A stretch of DNA of 20,412 bases from Octopus sinensis (lineage: Eukaryota). The notes under the pieces are model-generated. The model had not been told where the DNA came from. It saw nothing but the letters and a program-made list of their open reading frames with translations, and searched no databases. This document shows, piece by piece, positions 19,009 through 20,412 of this stretch. The stretch is from assembly GCF_006345805.1 (NCBI RefSeq), contig NW_021824273.1, positions 1-20,412 on the forward strand, in the 5' to 3' direction. Every line of letters begins with the position of its first letter. Positions within the stretch are counted from its first letter, which is position 1. The position numbers and the translations under genes are program-made.

Positions 19009-19160
19009 GAGGTGGTAATCTGGCAGAATCATTAACGTGTTGGACAAAATGCTTTGCAGCTTATCTTCCGGCATTTCATCCCTGGTTCAAGTTCTGCCGG
19101 GGTCAGCGTAGCCTTTCAGCTTTTTAGGGTCAATGAAAGAAAGTTTCAACTGAACAATGG

Positions 19161-19170
<10 letters not shown>
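19009..19170 (+). mobile_element. Old diverged SINE family E copy (5' part)
   Basis: GAGGTGGTAATCTGGCAGAATCATTAAC..GGTTCAAGTTCTGCCGGGGTCAGCGTAGCCTTTCAGCTTTTTAGGGTCAATGAAA is collinear with the minus strand of about 17070-17230. Confidence 0.6.
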
Positions 19171-19194
<24 letters not shown>

Positions 19195-19319
19195 TAAAAT
19201 ATACGTGTATTTGTGTTTATGTATGTGTATAGGCATGTGTATATATATGTGGAGTAAAGACTACTCAGTGGGTGCGTGTGGCTATGTTTATATTTGAGTG
19301 TTCTTTTCTCCATGTATAT

Positions 19320-19365
19320 ATACCATACGTCTATACACACACAAATACACACATATATATGTATA

Positions 19366-19438
<73 letters not shown>

Positions 19439-19862
19439 TATGTATATGCACACACACACGTGTATGTATGTGTGCATGTGGTCTGTTGGCAGATATGTGT
19501 ATGTATGTATGTATGTATATATATATATATGTATATGTATATATACATGTATGTGTATATATGTGTGTATATATATATATACACGTATATGTGTATATAT
19601 GTATGTATATATATACATGTATATGTGTATATATATGTGTGTGTGTATATATATATATGTATATATAAAAATATATATATATGTGTGTATATATATGTAT
19701 ATATACATGTATATGTATATATGTGTGTATATATATATGTATATACATGTATATGTATATATATATACGTATATGTATATATATACATATATATGTATAT
19801 ATATGTATATATACATGTGTATGTATATATATGTGTGTGTGTGATTGGGTGTATAAGTATAT
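19320..19862. repeat. Compound (TA)/(TATG)/(TG) microsatellite
   Basis: Low-complexity run; the overlapping 128-316 aa ORFs are artefacts of it. Confidence 0.95.
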
Positions 19863-20252
19863 ATAAAGAAAGAGAGCCGTATAGAGGACTGGCATTCTCA
19901 CCACTAAATCACAGATCTTCTCCCTACAGTAGACAATTAATATTACCTGTACAGGTAAGACTGTTCCAAGAAAATTTATCATGTTTATGACTAATTTCAC
20001 AAAAGGTATATAGTAAGGTGTAGCGTGAGAAAGGAGGGGTACGCATGTGTTGGTTTGGTGGTGGTGGTGGTGATGATGATGATGACGATAACTCACTGTG
20101 TTTATTGGTAAGTTTGGAAAAGGTAAGGAGTGGTGGGCCTGGGTGAGGTGAAGGAAGAGAAAACCAAAAATAATTGACTTAATTTTTTTCCGTGTTCTGG
20201 TATAACAAACAGAACGTAAAAACGTTGGTTTGATGTGGTCGTGAATTTTGAT

Positions 20253-20412
20253 TTTCTTTCTTTCTTTCTTTCTTTCTCTCTTTCTTTCTTTCTTCTTTCC
20301 TTCTTTCTTTCCTTCTTTCTTTCTTTCCTTCTCTTCTTCTTCCTTCTTTCTTTCTTCTTTCTTTCTTTCTTCTTTCTTTCTTCTTTCTTTCTTTCTTTCT
20401 TCTTTCCTTCTT
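20253..20412. repeat. (TTTC)n/(TTCC)n pyrimidine microsatellite running to the window end
   Basis: Direct run. Confidence 0.95.

Noticed and set aside
18625-19074. 149-aa standalone protein
   Set aside because: The N-terminal part is SINE E antisense plus (TAA)n. Only the last ~66 codons are real coding remnant (LINE C-terminus), reported as a pseudogene fragment.
19943-19958. 16-bp perfect palindrome TTACCTGTACAGGTAA giving splice-donor-like motifs on both strands
   Set aside because: An 8-bp-arm palindrome is expected by chance roughly 0.3 times in 20 kb (20412 x 4^-8), and no supporting exon is evident.
1799-20096. Many 60-316 aa ORFs rich in YI, CV, MY, HT, poly-I/L/N
   Set aside because: They are translations of (TA)n, (TG)n, (TATG)n and (TTA)n microsatellites, which lack stop codons in most frames.

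Overview
AT-rich, eukaryotic, essentially non-coding window made almost entirely of tRNA-headed SINEs (at least five families, here labelled A, B, C, E and a CORE-like one), microsatellites ((TA)n, (TACA)n, (TTA)n, (TTTC)n), two DNA-transposon relics and 3' fragments of non-LTR retrotransposons. The repeat content looks like an octopus (cephalopod) genome; this is an inference from recalled repeat families, not a search result. No intact protein-coding gene, tRNA, rRNA or CRISPR array is supported, and almost all ORFs in the track are microsatellite or repeat translations. The main feature is a ~3.35-kb tandem array (9912-13279) of 11 full units plus one 5'-truncated unit of ~273-300 bp. Each unit is the 3' end of an RTE/RTE-X-type LINE (ORF2 C-terminus, terminal hairpin, (GAT)n tail) plus a TA/TACA spacer. 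The whole array is flanked by a 10-bp direct repeat (AGACTCCAAT), starts mid-unit and ends on a bare (GAT)n tail, as if a multimeric RNA had been retrotransposed. A second notable zone (17250-19010) is a (TAA)n field holding two different R4/Dong-like restriction-like-endonuclease LINE 3' ends and two copies of a TAA-embedded non-autonomous element. Some local duplications and palindromes may be long-read assembly artefacts.
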